DNA of 64,000 nucleotides from Candidatus Eiseniibacteriota bacterium (lineage in GTDB: Bacteria > Orphanbacterota > Orphanbacteria > Orphanbacterales > Orphanbacteraceae): NCBI GenBank assembly GCA_043809585.1, contig JBDROZ010000042.1:1-64000 (forward strand), written 5' to 3'. The position numbers and the translations under genes are program-made. The notes beneath the pieces are model-generated. The model ran no database searches and was not told where the DNA came from. It saw only the letters and a list, made by a program, of their open reading frames with translations. Shown here piece after piece: positions 31,140-40,443 of the stretch (positions are counted from its first letter, which is position 1; each line of letters begins with the position of its first letter).

Positions 31140-31343
31140 GCGGCCCCCTTATCTCAATAAAGGCAAACGTATTATAGGCACCGCCCCCCGGGGGGTCAAC
31201 TCGATTCGCCGGCCCGGCGGTTCCGGGAAATGCACCCGGCTCCCGTCCGGAAGTTCCCCGGGGACATCGACGAAAGAGAGCCCGCTCGCGATCGCGAACG
31301 GGCTCATGAGAGGTTCGAAGGAGAAGGGGGGATTGCTCCCCCG

Positions 31344-33014
31344 CTATCGGAACATCGACTTGATCTGACCCCAGCTCGCGCCCTCGGTGCGGGTCGTCGG
31401 GCAGTCGGTCGGATCGAGAGCGCCCATCAGGCCGCAGTCGGCCGAGGTCGCCGCCGGGGACGAGTAGTCGATCCGGTAGTCGCCGTCCAAGGTCGGCGCG
31501 TCGAGGCACGAGGCGGCATCGCAGAAGAGCGGGTCCAGGAAGGTGTTGCCGGGCAGGTAGGAGACCGTCCCCATGCCTTCAACGCCCGAGTCGTCCACGT
31601 CTGAGCAGGCGAAGGTGAGGGACGAAGCGCCGTCCACGGTGTACGCCTCGTCCCCGCTGCCGCCGATATCCACGCAATTACCCCAGACGATGGCGTTCAC
31701 GAGGTTCAAGTCGGAGCCCTCCTCCACGTGAAGGCCGCCGCCGCGGGTCGCACGGTTTCCGGCGACCGTGGTCATCTCCGCGTCCGCCGACGAGCCCATC
31801 TCGACGAAGATCCCGCCGCCGTCCGCCGAGGTGTTTCCGGTCACGAGGCACCCGGAGATCGAGGCGGTCGACTGGCGGACATGAAATCCGCCGCCCGTGT
31901 TCGTCGAAGTGTTCCCCCGTACGGTGCATCCGGAAACCGTCGGATGGGAAAAGGCATTGAAGGCGAACCCGCCCCCCCAATCGTCCGAGCTGTTCAGCTC
32001 GACGATGCAGTCCTCCACGATCGGGCTCGAATCGTACGTGTGAATCCCGCCCCCCGACCAGCTGACGGAGTTCTCTCGCATCGTACAGCCCGTCACGTGG
32101 GGTGCGCCCTGGGTCGCGCAGGAGATCGCGCCGCCGAAGCGGGCGAGATTGTACTCCATCACGCAGTCGGTGATGGTCGGGCTCGCCCCGTCGCGGCAGT
32201 AGACGGCGCCGCCGTCGCCCGTGAAGGGGTCGATCTTGGTCGCCAGGTTGTTGCTGATCGTGCACCCGGACATGACCGTGCCGCACTCGAATCGGAACCC
32301 GACCCCGCCGCCGTCCTTGGCGGAGTTGTTCCTGATTTCGCAATTCGTGATCGCGCCGCCGGCGGAGTGGACCTGGATCCCTCCTCCGAGGCTGTCGCAG
32401 TCATTGAAGGTGATGAGACAGTCGTGCACGTTCGGGGCGCTGTCCGACCAGAAGTAGATCCCGCCGCCGGAACCGAGAGCGTCGTTCTCGGTGACCGTGC
32501 AGCCGCCGATGTCGGGAGCGGCGCCGGGAGCGGTGAAGATCCCTCCGCCGTACTTGGCCCGGCAGGTCCACACGCGGCAGTCGCGAATGGTCGGGGAGGC
32601 GCCGCTCAAGTAGATCCCCCCTCCGTAGGTCTCCGGCTCGTTCGTGGTCACGTCGCCGTTGGTGATCCCCACGCTTTCGAGGATCGATCCGGGTCCTTCC
32701 CCGCTGTGGAAGTGGAATCCGCGGTGGGGAGCGGCCTCGCTGCCTCCCGCGTCGATGACGCAGGCGGTGGGATCGCCGCTCTGGGAGTGAACGACGATTG
32801 CCAGTCCGAGAAAATCGATGTCCCGATTGCCCGGGCCGGAGAAGACCCCGTCACCGAGTCGGATCGTGTCGGAGTCGGCGGAAATCGCGATCGCCGCCTG
32901 AATCGTGGGATAGTCCCCGGTTCCGTCCGGAAGCACGACATGAGTCGCGGCGGCGGAGAGCCCCGGGACGAGAAGAAGACAGAACGAGGCAAGCAGCCGG
33001 CGGGAACAACGCAT
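31344..33014 (-). CDS. Secreted right-handed beta-helix repeat protein with C-terminal SWGQIKSMFR motif
   Basis: Signal peptide; DGTGDYPTIQAAI; repeated N.A..GGGI/SP.I..C units; DPLFC. Confidence 0.85.
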   Translation of the reverse strand: MRCSRRLLASFCLLLVPGLSAAATHVVLPDGTGDYPTIQAAIAISADSDTIRLGDGVFSGPGNRDIDFLGLAIVVHSQSGDPTACVIDAGGSEAAPHRGFHFHSGEGPGSILESVGITNGDVTTNEPETYGGGIYLSGASPTIRDCRVWTCRAKYGGGIFTAPGAAPDIGGCTVTENDALGSGGGIYFWSDSAPNVHDCLITFNDCDSLGGGIQVHSAGGAITNCEIRNNSAKDGGGVGFRFECGTVMSGCTISNNLATKIDPFTGDGGAVYCRDGASPTITDCVMEYNLARFGGAISCATQGAPHVTGCTMRENSVSWSGGGIHTYDSSPIVEDCIVELNSSDDWGGGFAFNAFSHPTVSGCTVRGNTSTNTGGGFHVRQSTASISGCLVTGNTSADGGGIFVEMGSSADAEMTTVAGNRATRGGGLHVEEGSDLNLVNAIVWGNCVDIGGSGDEAYTVDGASSLTFACSDVDDSGVEGMGTVSYLPGNTFLDPLFCDAASCLDAPTLDGDYRIDYSSPAATSADCGLMGALDPTDCPTTRTEGASWGQIKSMFR

Positions 33015-33251
33015 TACGACCCCTCCTTAATAATGTCCGTTCACGAGATTCGGCCGAGGATGATATCTGTTACGGCAATAATACCATGGGGTTCCACTAC
33101 ATGTCAATGATTCGGCCCCTTAGGCATGTTCGGTTGCCGCGGGGAGGGGGCCGATGGGCGCCTCGGCCCGCGGGGGCGGATCGAAGAGGGGGAGTCCTTC
33201 CGCTCACTCCCGATATCCGGCGCGAATCTCCGTCACGAGGGCTCGGATCGC

Positions 33252-33392
33252 CTATTTTCTCCCCGTCATCAGGATGCGCTTGATCTCGTCCACGTCCCGG
33301 GAAATGACGAAGATCTTCGCGATGGCGAGGACGACGGCGATGAAGAGGGCGAATTTCACGATTCCTACGATGGCCCCGATGAACCACTCCAT
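33252..33392 (-). CDS. Small single-pass membrane protein (46 aa)
   Basis: MEWFIGAIVGIVKFALFIAVVLAIAKIF...; purine-rich RBS AAGGAAGG. Confidence 0.55.
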   Translation of the reverse strand: MEWFIGAIVGIVKFALFIAVVLAIAKIFVISRDVDEIKRILMTGRK

Positions 33393-33695
33393 GGCTTTCC
33401 TTCCTTTCCGGATGCCGTTCCGTTGCCGGGGTTCGATGCTCGAAGTCCAGTCTAGGCCATCGAGGCATCCCGCCGCAATGGGCGCCCGGGTGTGCGGAAT
33501 CGACACGGCCCCGTGTGATCCGCCGTCTCGATCGGCCCGCGGCGGGGGATCCGGCCGGCATCCCCGCAATGCCGCATCTTCCTTTTCTTGAATGGGTTGG
33601 ACGGTTCATTCCTCCCGCGGCCCGGACGGCACGCCTCTTGCGCTGGGAAGGTGCCGGGATCGGAAACGGGTCCCCCAAAGGAAAGGGGCGGAACG

Positions 33696-35066
33696 ATGAA
33701 AAAGACGAAGGTCCTCACTGCGAATGGAGAAGAGATCCTGATCCTCCTCGCCGCGCTGGTGATCGCTCTCGGGGTCGCGTTGCGGGCCGAGGCGTACCCG
33801 GCCTACGGCATGCCCGGCGATAGGCCCGACTACGAGCCGGAGTGGATCTACGCCGTCGACGAGTACAACGCCGACCTGGATGGGTACGGGGAGTGGCGGT
33901 TCGTTTCCTCCGTGGGCGTGCAGCTCTGGTTCCCCTTCGTTGAGGTGTCGTGGCGTCCGTACCTGCACGGGCATTGGATCCACACCGACTATGGGATGAC
34001 CTGGGTTGCCTACGAGCCGTGGGGCTACCGCCCCCACCATTACGGCCGGTGGATCTGGGTCGACGGGTACGGTTGGGGCTGGGCCCCGGGCTTGGAGTAC
34101 GGGGCGGCCTGGGTGACCTGGGGCGTGGCGGACGGGCATATCGGGTGGGCGCCCCTCGCGCCGGTTTGGTACCGCTACCCGCATCGGCATAGCTACCGCG
34201 TGCGCCATGTTCCCGTGGCGTACGGGTACGGGGGGTTCTTCGCCTACGACGTGTCCGGCATCGCCTTCGACCTTTGGGTGTTCGTGCCGAACGCCCACTT
34301 CTACGGCGTGAACGTGTCGGTCCATGCGCTGCCCTCCTACCGGTGCGCGGACTTCTTCCGGGGCGAGCGGGTGCTTCCGGTGGGCCACCGCATACACGTG
34401 GACTACGTCCGGAAGAAAACGGGCCGCCGGATCGAGACGGTGGCCGTGGACCGGGTGATCGAGACGCGGGGGGACGCGAAGTACGAGCGCCGCATTCCGC
34501 GGGGCCAGGAGAAGATGATCCGAGAGGCCCAGCCGGCGGTGAGCCGGGTGGTGAAGGGCCGGGTGGGGGTCGAGCGGTCGAAGGGGACCGAGACGGCGAC
34601 GACGCCCCGGACCGTGACGAGAAAGTCCGACCCGGCGCCGAAGGCGGGGACGAGGACCGTCGCGAGGAGTTCCGAACCGGGCCGAAGGGTCGAGTCAGTG
34701 GATGTGAAGACGCGGAAATCCCCGGACTCCCCGAATGACGGCCGCGACATCAAGAGCCCCTCTTCGACGACAGGTAGGGTGGTGGAGCGGAAGGCGACGG
34801 AGACGAATCGGACCGCGCCGAACTCGGCGAAGAGCGTGGAGCGGAAAGTGACCGAGACGAAACGAACCGCGAAGGAAGCGGTGAAAGGCGCGCAGCGGAA
34901 GGTGACGGAGACGAAGCGGACCGCGCCGAACTCGGCGAAGAGCGTGGAGCGGAAGGTCTCGAACTCCAAGTCCCGCTCCGACGTCAAGGACGCGAAGAAG
35001 AGCGATCAGGGGAACTCCCGCTCCTCGGGGAGCCCGAGTTCCTCCACGAAGTCCAGGAAGCGCTGA
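33696..35066 (+). CDS. Secreted DUF6600-like Trp/Gly-rich protein with basic repetitive tail
   Basis: LDGYGEW...WRPY..GHW...EPWG..PHHYGRW...GWGWAPG...GWAPL; tail with repeated VERKVTETKRTA units. Confidence 0.7.
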   Translation: MKKTKVLTANGEEILILLAALVIALGVALRAEAYPAYGMPGDRPDYEPEWIYAVDEYNADLDGYGEWRFVSSVGVQLWFPFVEVSWRPYLHGHWIHTDYGMTWVAYEPWGYRPHHYGRWIWVDGYGWGWAPGLEYGAAWVTWGVADGHIGWAPLAPVWYRYPHRHSYRVRHVPVAYGYGGFFAYDVSGIAFDLWVFVPNAHFYGVNVSVHALPSYRCADFFRGERVLPVGHRIHVDYVRKKTGRRIETVAVDRVIETRGDAKYERRIPRGQEKMIREAQPAVSRVVKGRVGVERSKGTETATTPRTVTRKSDPAPKAGTRTVARSSEPGRRVESVDVKTRKSPDSPNDGRDIKSPSSTTGRVVERKATETNRTAPNSAKSVERKVTETKRTAKEAVKGAQRKVTETKRTAPNSAKSVERKVSNSKSRSDVKDAKKSDQGNSRSSGSPSSSTKSRKR

Positions 35067-35090
35067 AGTTCCGGCAGGCGCTCTTGGGTC

Positions 35091-35122
35091 GGGCGGGTCG
35101 TCTTCGGATGGCCCGCCCTTTT
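35091..35122 (+). terminator. Intrinsic terminator
   Basis: GGGCGGGTCGTC-TTCG-GATGGCCCGCCC-TTTT between convergent genes. Confidence 0.75.
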
Positions 35123-35125
35123 CAT

Positions 35126-35722
35126 TCAAGCGGGGAGCCCCCCTCTCTGGGGCTCCAAAGCGCGGACCGCCGCCCGGGCCGTCTCGTCGGCGGCCTCTTC
35201 GAAGGGGACGGTGATTCTCCCGAGCTGGGTGAAAGTGATGGAGCGCTGGGCCATGCCGACGACCCACGAGGTGGCGAGGGCCGGGTCCATCTCACGGAAG
35301 ACGCCGGCGTCGATGCCGGATCGGATCACGTCGACGAACAGGTCCTTGGGCAGGGGCTGGGGGTTCCGGATCGGGCCGGTGTCGAACTCGCGGTGATGGG
35401 TGAGGAGGATGAAGTTGAATGCGCCCGCCTCGTCCCGGGCGAAAGAGAATATCCCCCGGACGAGCGCGGCCAGCCTCTCCCTCGGACCGGTCTCCTTCTC
35501 GACCTCCTCGAGTAGCCTCTTCCGGAAGCGGCCGGCGCATTCCCCGAAGAGGTGCCGTGCGAGGTGGTCCTTGCTCGGGAAGTGCCGGTAGAGGTTCCCC
35601 TCGGCGGTGCCCGCCTTCTGGGCGATCTCTCTCGTGGTGGCGGCGGAGATTCCCTTCTCGACGAAGAGCCCGAGGGCGGCCTCGAGGATGGCGTCCCTTT
35701 TCGTGATGGCGGCCACGGTCAT
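35126..35722 (-). CDS. TetR/AcrR family transcriptional regulator
   Basis: ILEAALGLFVEKGISAATTREIAQKAGTAEGNLYRHFPSK. Confidence 0.9.
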   Translation of the reverse strand: MTVAAITKRDAILEAALGLFVEKGISAATTREIAQKAGTAEGNLYRHFPSKDHLARHLFGECAGRFRKRLLEEVEKETGPRERLAALVRGIFSFARDEAGAFNFILLTHHREFDTGPIRNPQPLPKDLFVDVIRSGIDAGVFREMDPALATSWVVGMAQRSITFTQLGRITVPFEEAADETARAAVRALEPQRGGLPA

Positions 35723-35744
35723 CCCCCCGTCGGAACGGCAATTC

Positions 35745-35790
35745 GCGAGCGATCACTCACAGAATAGAGGGCTCTGAGGGCTCGAGTCAA
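35745..35790 (-). promoter_or_regulatory. Sigma70-type promoter plus palindromic operator upstream of the TetR gene
   Basis: Minus strand TTGACT-N18-TATTCT followed by GTGAGTGATCGCTCGC. Confidence 0.65.
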
Positions 35791-35795
35791 CCGGG

Positions 35796-37034
35796 TCACT
35801 CCGAGTCGTATTGGAGCAGGCGGCGCTCTCCCTGGAGCCCGCGGAGGCGGGTCAGATCCTGGGTGACTTCGACGGTGCCGAGATACTCCCCCTCCGGGCT
35901 CCGGACCGGGAAGTAACGGATGTGCACGAAGCGCCCCCCGAGCTCGATCCAGAACTCGGCGACGCTCTGCTTGCCCGATCGGAAGTCGTTCAGGATGCGG
36001 TCGACCACATCCACGCTCGACGGCGGGTGGCAGTGCTGCACCTTCCGGCCGATGATGGAGCGGGTCCTCTCGAAGACGCGGTCGGGGCCTTCGGAGAAGA
36101 ACGCGACCCGGTCGTCGGAGTCGACGAAGGTGACGTCCACGGGAAGGACGCCGAAGAGGCCGTGAAGCTGGGCTTCGGTGAGCGCGCCGCTCGGGAAGAT
36201 CACCGCCCCCCCGGGGGGAAGCGTGCCCTCGTGCTTCAGAGGATCCGCCTTCGGGGGGCGGTATTCGTCCCCGGGTTCGGCGAGGCAGTAGCCGAAGCGG
36301 GGCGTCTCCCGCCAGATCGCGCCCCACTCCTCCTCGGTCAGCATCTCGAGGCCCGAGGGGAGGAGGATCGCCTCCTCTTTGTAGACCATCTCGTCGATCG
36401 CCTCGACGACGGGCGTGATCATCTCCGACGCGACCCGCTTCCACTCGTCCGGCGTGAGCCCCTCGGTGTGGACCGCCTCGTCCAGGGCGCGGACCATCTT
36501 ACGGATGTCGTCGTCCTTCGCCCACATCACCTTCGACGGGCCGGTCATGCCGTGCTTCTCGAGGTAGGGGAAGAGGAGGTTTTCTTTGCGGGCGTAGTGC
36601 TTGTCGAGCTCGAAGAGGCTCCGGGCCGCCTCCTGCCACCGGGCGAGCCCCCCGCCGCTGGTTTTCAGAGGGGAGTCGTCGTTCATCTCCCTGAGAAGAT
36701 TGCGGAGCGCGGCGGTCGCCTTCCGGATCTCCCGGTTCTCCCGGACGAAGGTGTCGACCGGATGACCCGCCGGGGTCTCGGGCGCGGCCACCTCGCCGAC
36801 GATCTCCCGGAGCACCTGGGAGTGAAGGTCGCACATTCCCTTCACTTCCATCGGGTCCATGCCGTCGGCGATCAGCCGGTCCTCCATGGCCACGATCTCG
36901 GCCCCGCTGGTCCGGCCGACGAGGTCCTTCAACTTCTTCTTCACCGGCCCCACGTCGGCGCCGGAATGGAGGTCCTTGATGATGTTCTTCAGAGTCTCGA
37001 TCCGGTTGTCCCGGTTGTTGATGAGCTCGCTCAC
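35796..37034 (-). CDS. DUF438 / hemerythrin-like / PAS domain protein
   Basis: IIKDLHSG, MCDLHS, GHPVDTF..EN, HYARKENLLFP, VMWAKDD, KEEAIL, GRKVQHCHPP. Confidence 0.85.
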   Translation of the reverse strand: MSELINNRDNRIETLKNIIKDLHSGADVGPVKKKLKDLVGRTSGAEIVAMEDRLIADGMDPMEVKGMCDLHSQVLREIVGEVAAPETPAGHPVDTFVRENREIRKATAALRNLLREMNDDSPLKTSGGGLARWQEAARSLFELDKHYARKENLLFPYLEKHGMTGPSKVMWAKDDDIRKMVRALDEAVHTEGLTPDEWKRVASEMITPVVEAIDEMVYKEEAILLPSGLEMLTEEEWGAIWRETPRFGYCLAEPGDEYRPPKADPLKHEGTLPPGGAVIFPSGALTEAQLHGLFGVLPVDVTFVDSDDRVAFFSEGPDRVFERTRSIIGRKVQHCHPPSSVDVVDRILNDFRSGKQSVAEFWIELGGRFVHIRYFPVRSPEGEYLGTVEVTQDLTRLRGLQGERRLLQYDSE

Positions 37035-37215
37035 GGCTTCGTCTCCCGGGGATCCCGAATCCCCATTCCGATCCGCCCGATCGCGGGTTTGTCGTCGCTT
37101 CCCCGGCCGGCCGGTCCGGCCGGGACTCCCTGCCCGGGGAGTGGAACGGCGGCACGAAGCGCCCACGCCATCAAGTGTTATCACAACCAAATCACTCGCC
37201 ACTGGGGTCCAAAAA

Positions 37216-37260
37216 GCGAGTGAACACTCACAAAATAATGTGAATCATGAATCGAGTCAA
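37216..37260 (-). promoter_or_regulatory. Sigma70-type promoter plus palindromic operator upstream of the DUF438 gene
   Basis: Minus strand TTGACT-N17-TATTTT followed by GTGAGTGTTCACTCGC; matches the 35745 site at 19 of 22 positions. Confidence 0.65.
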
Positions 37261-37327
37261 GGGGGGAATTCCGGAGGCTGGCGGTGGGGGATTGTTGCGT
37301 CGAGTTCGCCGGGACAAGTTCAAAGAG

Positions 37328-37428
37328 GGCTGACGGCCTGCGGATGAGCCGCGGCCCGGCACCGCTTCACAAACGAAATGGGGCATCAACCTGATGCCCC
37401 GCCGTCAGTCTCCGTCCGCTTGATCGGT
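37328..37428 (-). other. Degenerate attC site (distal end of array)
   Basis: Plus strand GGCTGAC-n8-GATGAGC...CGCTT-GATCGGT; same layout as the 41199 site but decayed. Confidence 0.45.
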
Positions 37429-37673
37429 TGCCCTATGGCTATTTCGATGCGGGCAAGTTGCCCCGACTCCAGGTCTCGACCGTATAATCGCTTGAGGAGC
37501 GCCCTCCGCAAACGCAGGCCAGCCAGATCGCGGTTGCGGGCAAGCAGACCAGCAACAACGAGCGCTCGTCCCGTGGAGAACATCCGGCACGCCATCGCAA
37601 GCCGATCGACGGGACTGAGTCGACGCAGCATCTCGCGAAATTGAGCGTCCACATCTCGGGAGTCACGGATCAC
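37386..37673 (-). CDS. Small partner protein of the nucleotidyltransferase (putative toxin-antitoxin partner), cassette-borne
   Basis: GTGA overlap with upstream gene; LRRLSPVDRLAMACRMF pattern. Confidence 0.55.
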   Translation of the reverse strand: MIRDSRDVDAQFREMLRRLSPVDRLAMACRMFSTGRALVVAGLLARNRDLAGLRLRRALLKRLYGRDLESGQLARIEIAIGQPIKRTETDGGASG

Positions 37674-38227
37674 GACCCGGTCGCCTCATCGAGCAGTTGC
37701 GCCAAGCCCAACTGTTCCGTCCATTTCCGTAAGTAGTCCCAGTCCAGATCATCTACTGCAGCAACGATAGCGCGGACGTCGCGCATCTGCAACTCCGACG
37801 ACGACGGCCTCGCCCAGTCCAGCTTCGATATTACGAGATCCTCGGGGGATACGACCGAAATGGCGACACCCTCGACGTCGATTGTGCGCCGGCGAGAGAA
37901 CTCCAACTCTCGATACTCACCACTCCTGCGGGATATGAAATCGGCCTTGATAATCCACGCGCTGTGTACAATGTTGAACATGCCCTCGTGGCGCGCGGCC
38001 TCTTCAATCATGGCAGGGTCCACATAGCTGATATCCTCAAAGAGCCGCGCGATACGATTGGCGTCACTCGGGCGGTATTCAATGACAATGTCAATATCTC
38101 GGGTCATGCGCGGCTCCGCATACGTCGCCATGGCAAGCGACCCCGTCAGCATATACGGTATGTCGGCACCGGCCAATCGGGTACCGATGATCTTCAGAAA
38201 CTCGAGCTGCTCGTTCATGTACATCAC
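37670..38227 (-). CDS. Nucleotidyltransferase-family protein, cassette-borne
   Basis: YMLTGSLAM..Y.EPRMTRDIDIV, SPEDLVISKLDW, DWDYLRKW. Confidence 0.75.
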   Translation of the reverse strand: MMYMNEQLEFLKIIGTRLAGADIPYMLTGSLAMATYAEPRMTRDIDIVIEYRPSDANRIARLFEDISYVDPAMIEEAARHEGMFNIVHSAWIIKADFISRRSGEYRELEFSRRRTIDVEGVAISVVSPEDLVISKLDWARPSSSELQMRDVRAIVAAVDDLDWDYLRKWTEQLGLAQLLDEATGS

Positions 38228-38319
38228 CTGATCGCAGCTGCGATACTGTAGTGAAGCATCTGTGTCAACCTAACGGGCGGCGGCACTCCGCCTCCCGATG
38301 GCTCGGCGCGAAGCGTCCG

Positions 38320-38416
38320 CGCCATCGATTGCCATAACTTGAGGTCGCCTGTGCATGGTGAAGCGCCTCTCTAACCTCGCCACTGGCCGGCCGCCAAGTT
38401 CATGGCGTAGTTAGGG
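38320..38416 (-). other. attC site with GAT at R'
   Basis: Minus strand CCCTAAC-n5-CATGAACT...AGTTATG-n6-GATGGCG. Confidence 0.7.
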
Positions 38417-38633
38417 CAACTGAGTAACGGCAGATGTTAGCACTCATCTAGTGTCTCCCTATCTTCGATGCTCGCTCCTTCACAGCCCGGAGTAGTAAGT
38501 CAAACCCTCTGGCTTGTCAACTGCCACCCACTGAAGATGCCTCATTCTCTCTGGAACGAGACATTCCTCGAGCTTCACTGGAATGGGGAAGATCTCACGG
38601 GAGGGTCGCATCTCAGCGGCAACGGCCCCGGTG

Positions 38634-39200
38634 CTAACCTGCGCTGTAGCGTCTCTTCAACTCCTCGTGTAAGAGCGTCTCCGAGTGGCGTCCCGCATCT
38701 TCCAAGATCGACGTAACAGCCGAGGGCATCCCAGTGGGATCGCTCGCGTCAATTGCCTGCGTCACGGCCACAATCGTATCTTCGATGGCCTGTCGAATGA
38801 TACCGCCATTGACCGGATTGACTTGGTCGAGGAACTCCTTGAAGGTCTGCTCCCCCTTGAGTTGAAAACTCCTGACAGAACTCCGCGTGTTGGCTATGAC
38901 GGCGCCCGCCGTGTTGAGGACAGTACTTCGCGCGGCCGCCTTGTCTTCCTTCTCACGATGAGTGGGGAATTCCTTCCTGAGGTAATCGCGTACAGCGATC
39001 GCCAGTTCTCTCTGGATCGCCTTTATGTAGAGGCTGGCAAGGTCCTGGGCCTCTTCTAGAGTAAGTACTCCGGCTTGCCTCTCCAACAGGACGTCAAGCT
39101 TGCGGTTAATGTCGGCTCGGAGACTCAGAAGTGTCGCCATGATGCTGCCCAGACCGATGATGAGACTCAAGATCGCTAGAATCAACGCGATGAGTTCCAT
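38634..39200 (-). CDS. Hypothetical membrane-anchored protein, cassette-borne
   Basis: 188-aa ORF, N-terminal TM helix, GGGAG RBS, AT-richer codon use than flanking genes. Confidence 0.65.
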   Translation of the reverse strand: MELIALILAILSLIIGLGSIMATLLSLRADINRKLDVLLERQAGVLTLEEAQDLASLYIKAIQRELAIAVRDYLRKEFPTHREKEDKAAARSTVLNTAGAVIANTRSSVRSFQLKGEQTFKEFLDQVNPVNGGIIRQAIEDTIVAVTQAIDASDPTGMPSAVTSILEDAGRHSETLLHEELKRRYSAG

Positions 39201-39363
39201 ATGCGTCTACTCCCGCACGCAGCCATCGAATGAACAACCTGCAGGGCGGCTTGGCGCGACCCTGACGGAGCGAAAGCCGCGTCCTGGCCAACCTCCCTCC
39301 GCCGCAAGCGTCGTGACAGAGCGCCGGCGGAGGCATATCATGGGATCAGGGCGGCATGATAAA

Positions 39364-39422
39364 CTGACGGAGTCCACCTTAAACCAGCCGCCAAGCTGTC
39401 CAAAGAAGGGGGTCCACCTCTC
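39364..39422. mobile_element. Possible IS3-family terminal remnant
   Basis: CCACCTTAA...CTGTCCAAAGAAGGGGGTCCACCTC resembles IS3-type right ends as recalled; no transposase present. Confidence 0.35.
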
Positions 39423-39448
39423 TCATCGCTCAACCTCCCCTTCTGGGC

Positions 39449-39514
39449 GCCTAACGTTGTGCTTCACCTGCAAGCGTGGCTGGCGCGACTATCTGGTGCA
39501 AACACTTGTTATGT
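39449..39514 (-). other. attC site
   Basis: Plus strand GCCTAAC-n6-CTTCACC...GGTGCAAA-n5-GTTATGT. Confidence 0.75.
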
Positions 39515-39545
39515 TTTCGCACTCACGATGTCCCCTTGCCACACT

Positions 39546-40283
39546 TCAATCTGTTGCCCTAACCCCTGACTGCACAATATAGAATTCGTGAACTCGCGCC
39601 ATATGGGCTGAGTGATAGAGAGCACTACCAACCAATAGCAAACACACGACGAGCAGCAATGACAGTGCGGCTGCTGAAATACCATTTACAAGACTAATAG
39701 CCAAACCGACGTGTAGCGCCACGCTCGCCGACAACCCCCAGTAGATGTAATTGTGAAACAGTTGCCATTCCCAGTGAGCTTTTGCCGCCGGCATCTTGAA
39801 CAACCACGACATAAGCGGTACATATTCTGGCTTCCCATAGAAATCAGCTGCAAGTAAAGGCGGGCTCAGCTCGGCCCTCAGCGGATGGTCTACTTCGCCA
39901 TTTTTTGGAACTCGACGCACGACCCTTCTGCAGACCAAGTATAAGGGATACAGAAGAAAGCGAATAAGCTGGAGGACTAAGAACCTAAAGAGACGTTCAA
40001 AAGGCGAAACAAGGAATCCGGTAAGCATGCAAAACAACAAAAGCAAAGTCAATGCGGGCGCAGTTCCCACGCTTTTCAATGCGCTTGCAATTGTACTGCC
40101 AATCTCTGCTAGCAAAGCCGAATATGTAGCTTTCGTGTCCCCCTTCATTCGCATGTATAGTAGAGGCGCCACCAGGAAAATGAACGAACTCCCGCGAACG
40201 AATACGGAGGTCATAACCATCACGAATGGGAACTTGCCCGAGTTCTGCCCAACCTCGTCGGCGATCGCAATACCGTTAACCAT
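39546..40283 (-). CDS. Hypothetical multi-pass membrane protein, cassette-borne
   Basis: 245-aa AT-rich ORF bounded by attC sites; several hydrophobic segments. Confidence 0.65.
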   Translation of the reverse strand: MVNGIAIADEVGQNSGKFPFVMVMTSVFVRGSSFIFLVAPLLYMRMKGDTKATYSALLAEIGSTIASALKSVGTAPALTLLLLFCMLTGFLVSPFERLFRFLVLQLIRFLLYPLYLVCRRVVRRVPKNGEVDHPLRAELSPPLLAADFYGKPEYVPLMSWLFKMPAAKAHWEWQLFHNYIYWGLSASVALHVGLAISLVNGISAAALSLLLVVCLLLVGSALYHSAHMARVHEFYIVQSGVRATD

Positions 40284-40308
40284 GCTTCATCCACCCCTTC
40301 TCAAATAG

Positions 40309-40423
40309 ACCTAACGGTAGGGATAACCTGCAAAACGCGTCCTGCGAAGCAGCAGGCTGTCATGCCCCTTGCTATGCAAGGGGCATGACAGAGCGTTTTG
40401 TCAGGTTCATCCCATTGTTATAC
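40309..40423 (-). other. attC site
   Basis: Minus strand GTATAAC-n5-GATGAACC...GGTTATC-n6-GTTAGGT with extrahelical bases and a perfect internal stem CTGTCATGCCCCTTGC/GCAAGGGGCATGACAG; R'' complements the cassette start GTTATAC at 41199-41205. Confidence 0.9.
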
Positions 40424-40443
40424 TGCTTACTTCTGATACGTGC

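Noticed and set aside
37439-37666. Alternative 75-aa ORF for the nucleotidyltransferase partner
   Set aside because: The 37386-37673 frame overlaps the upstream stop (GTGA) and reads as the more plausible helical protein
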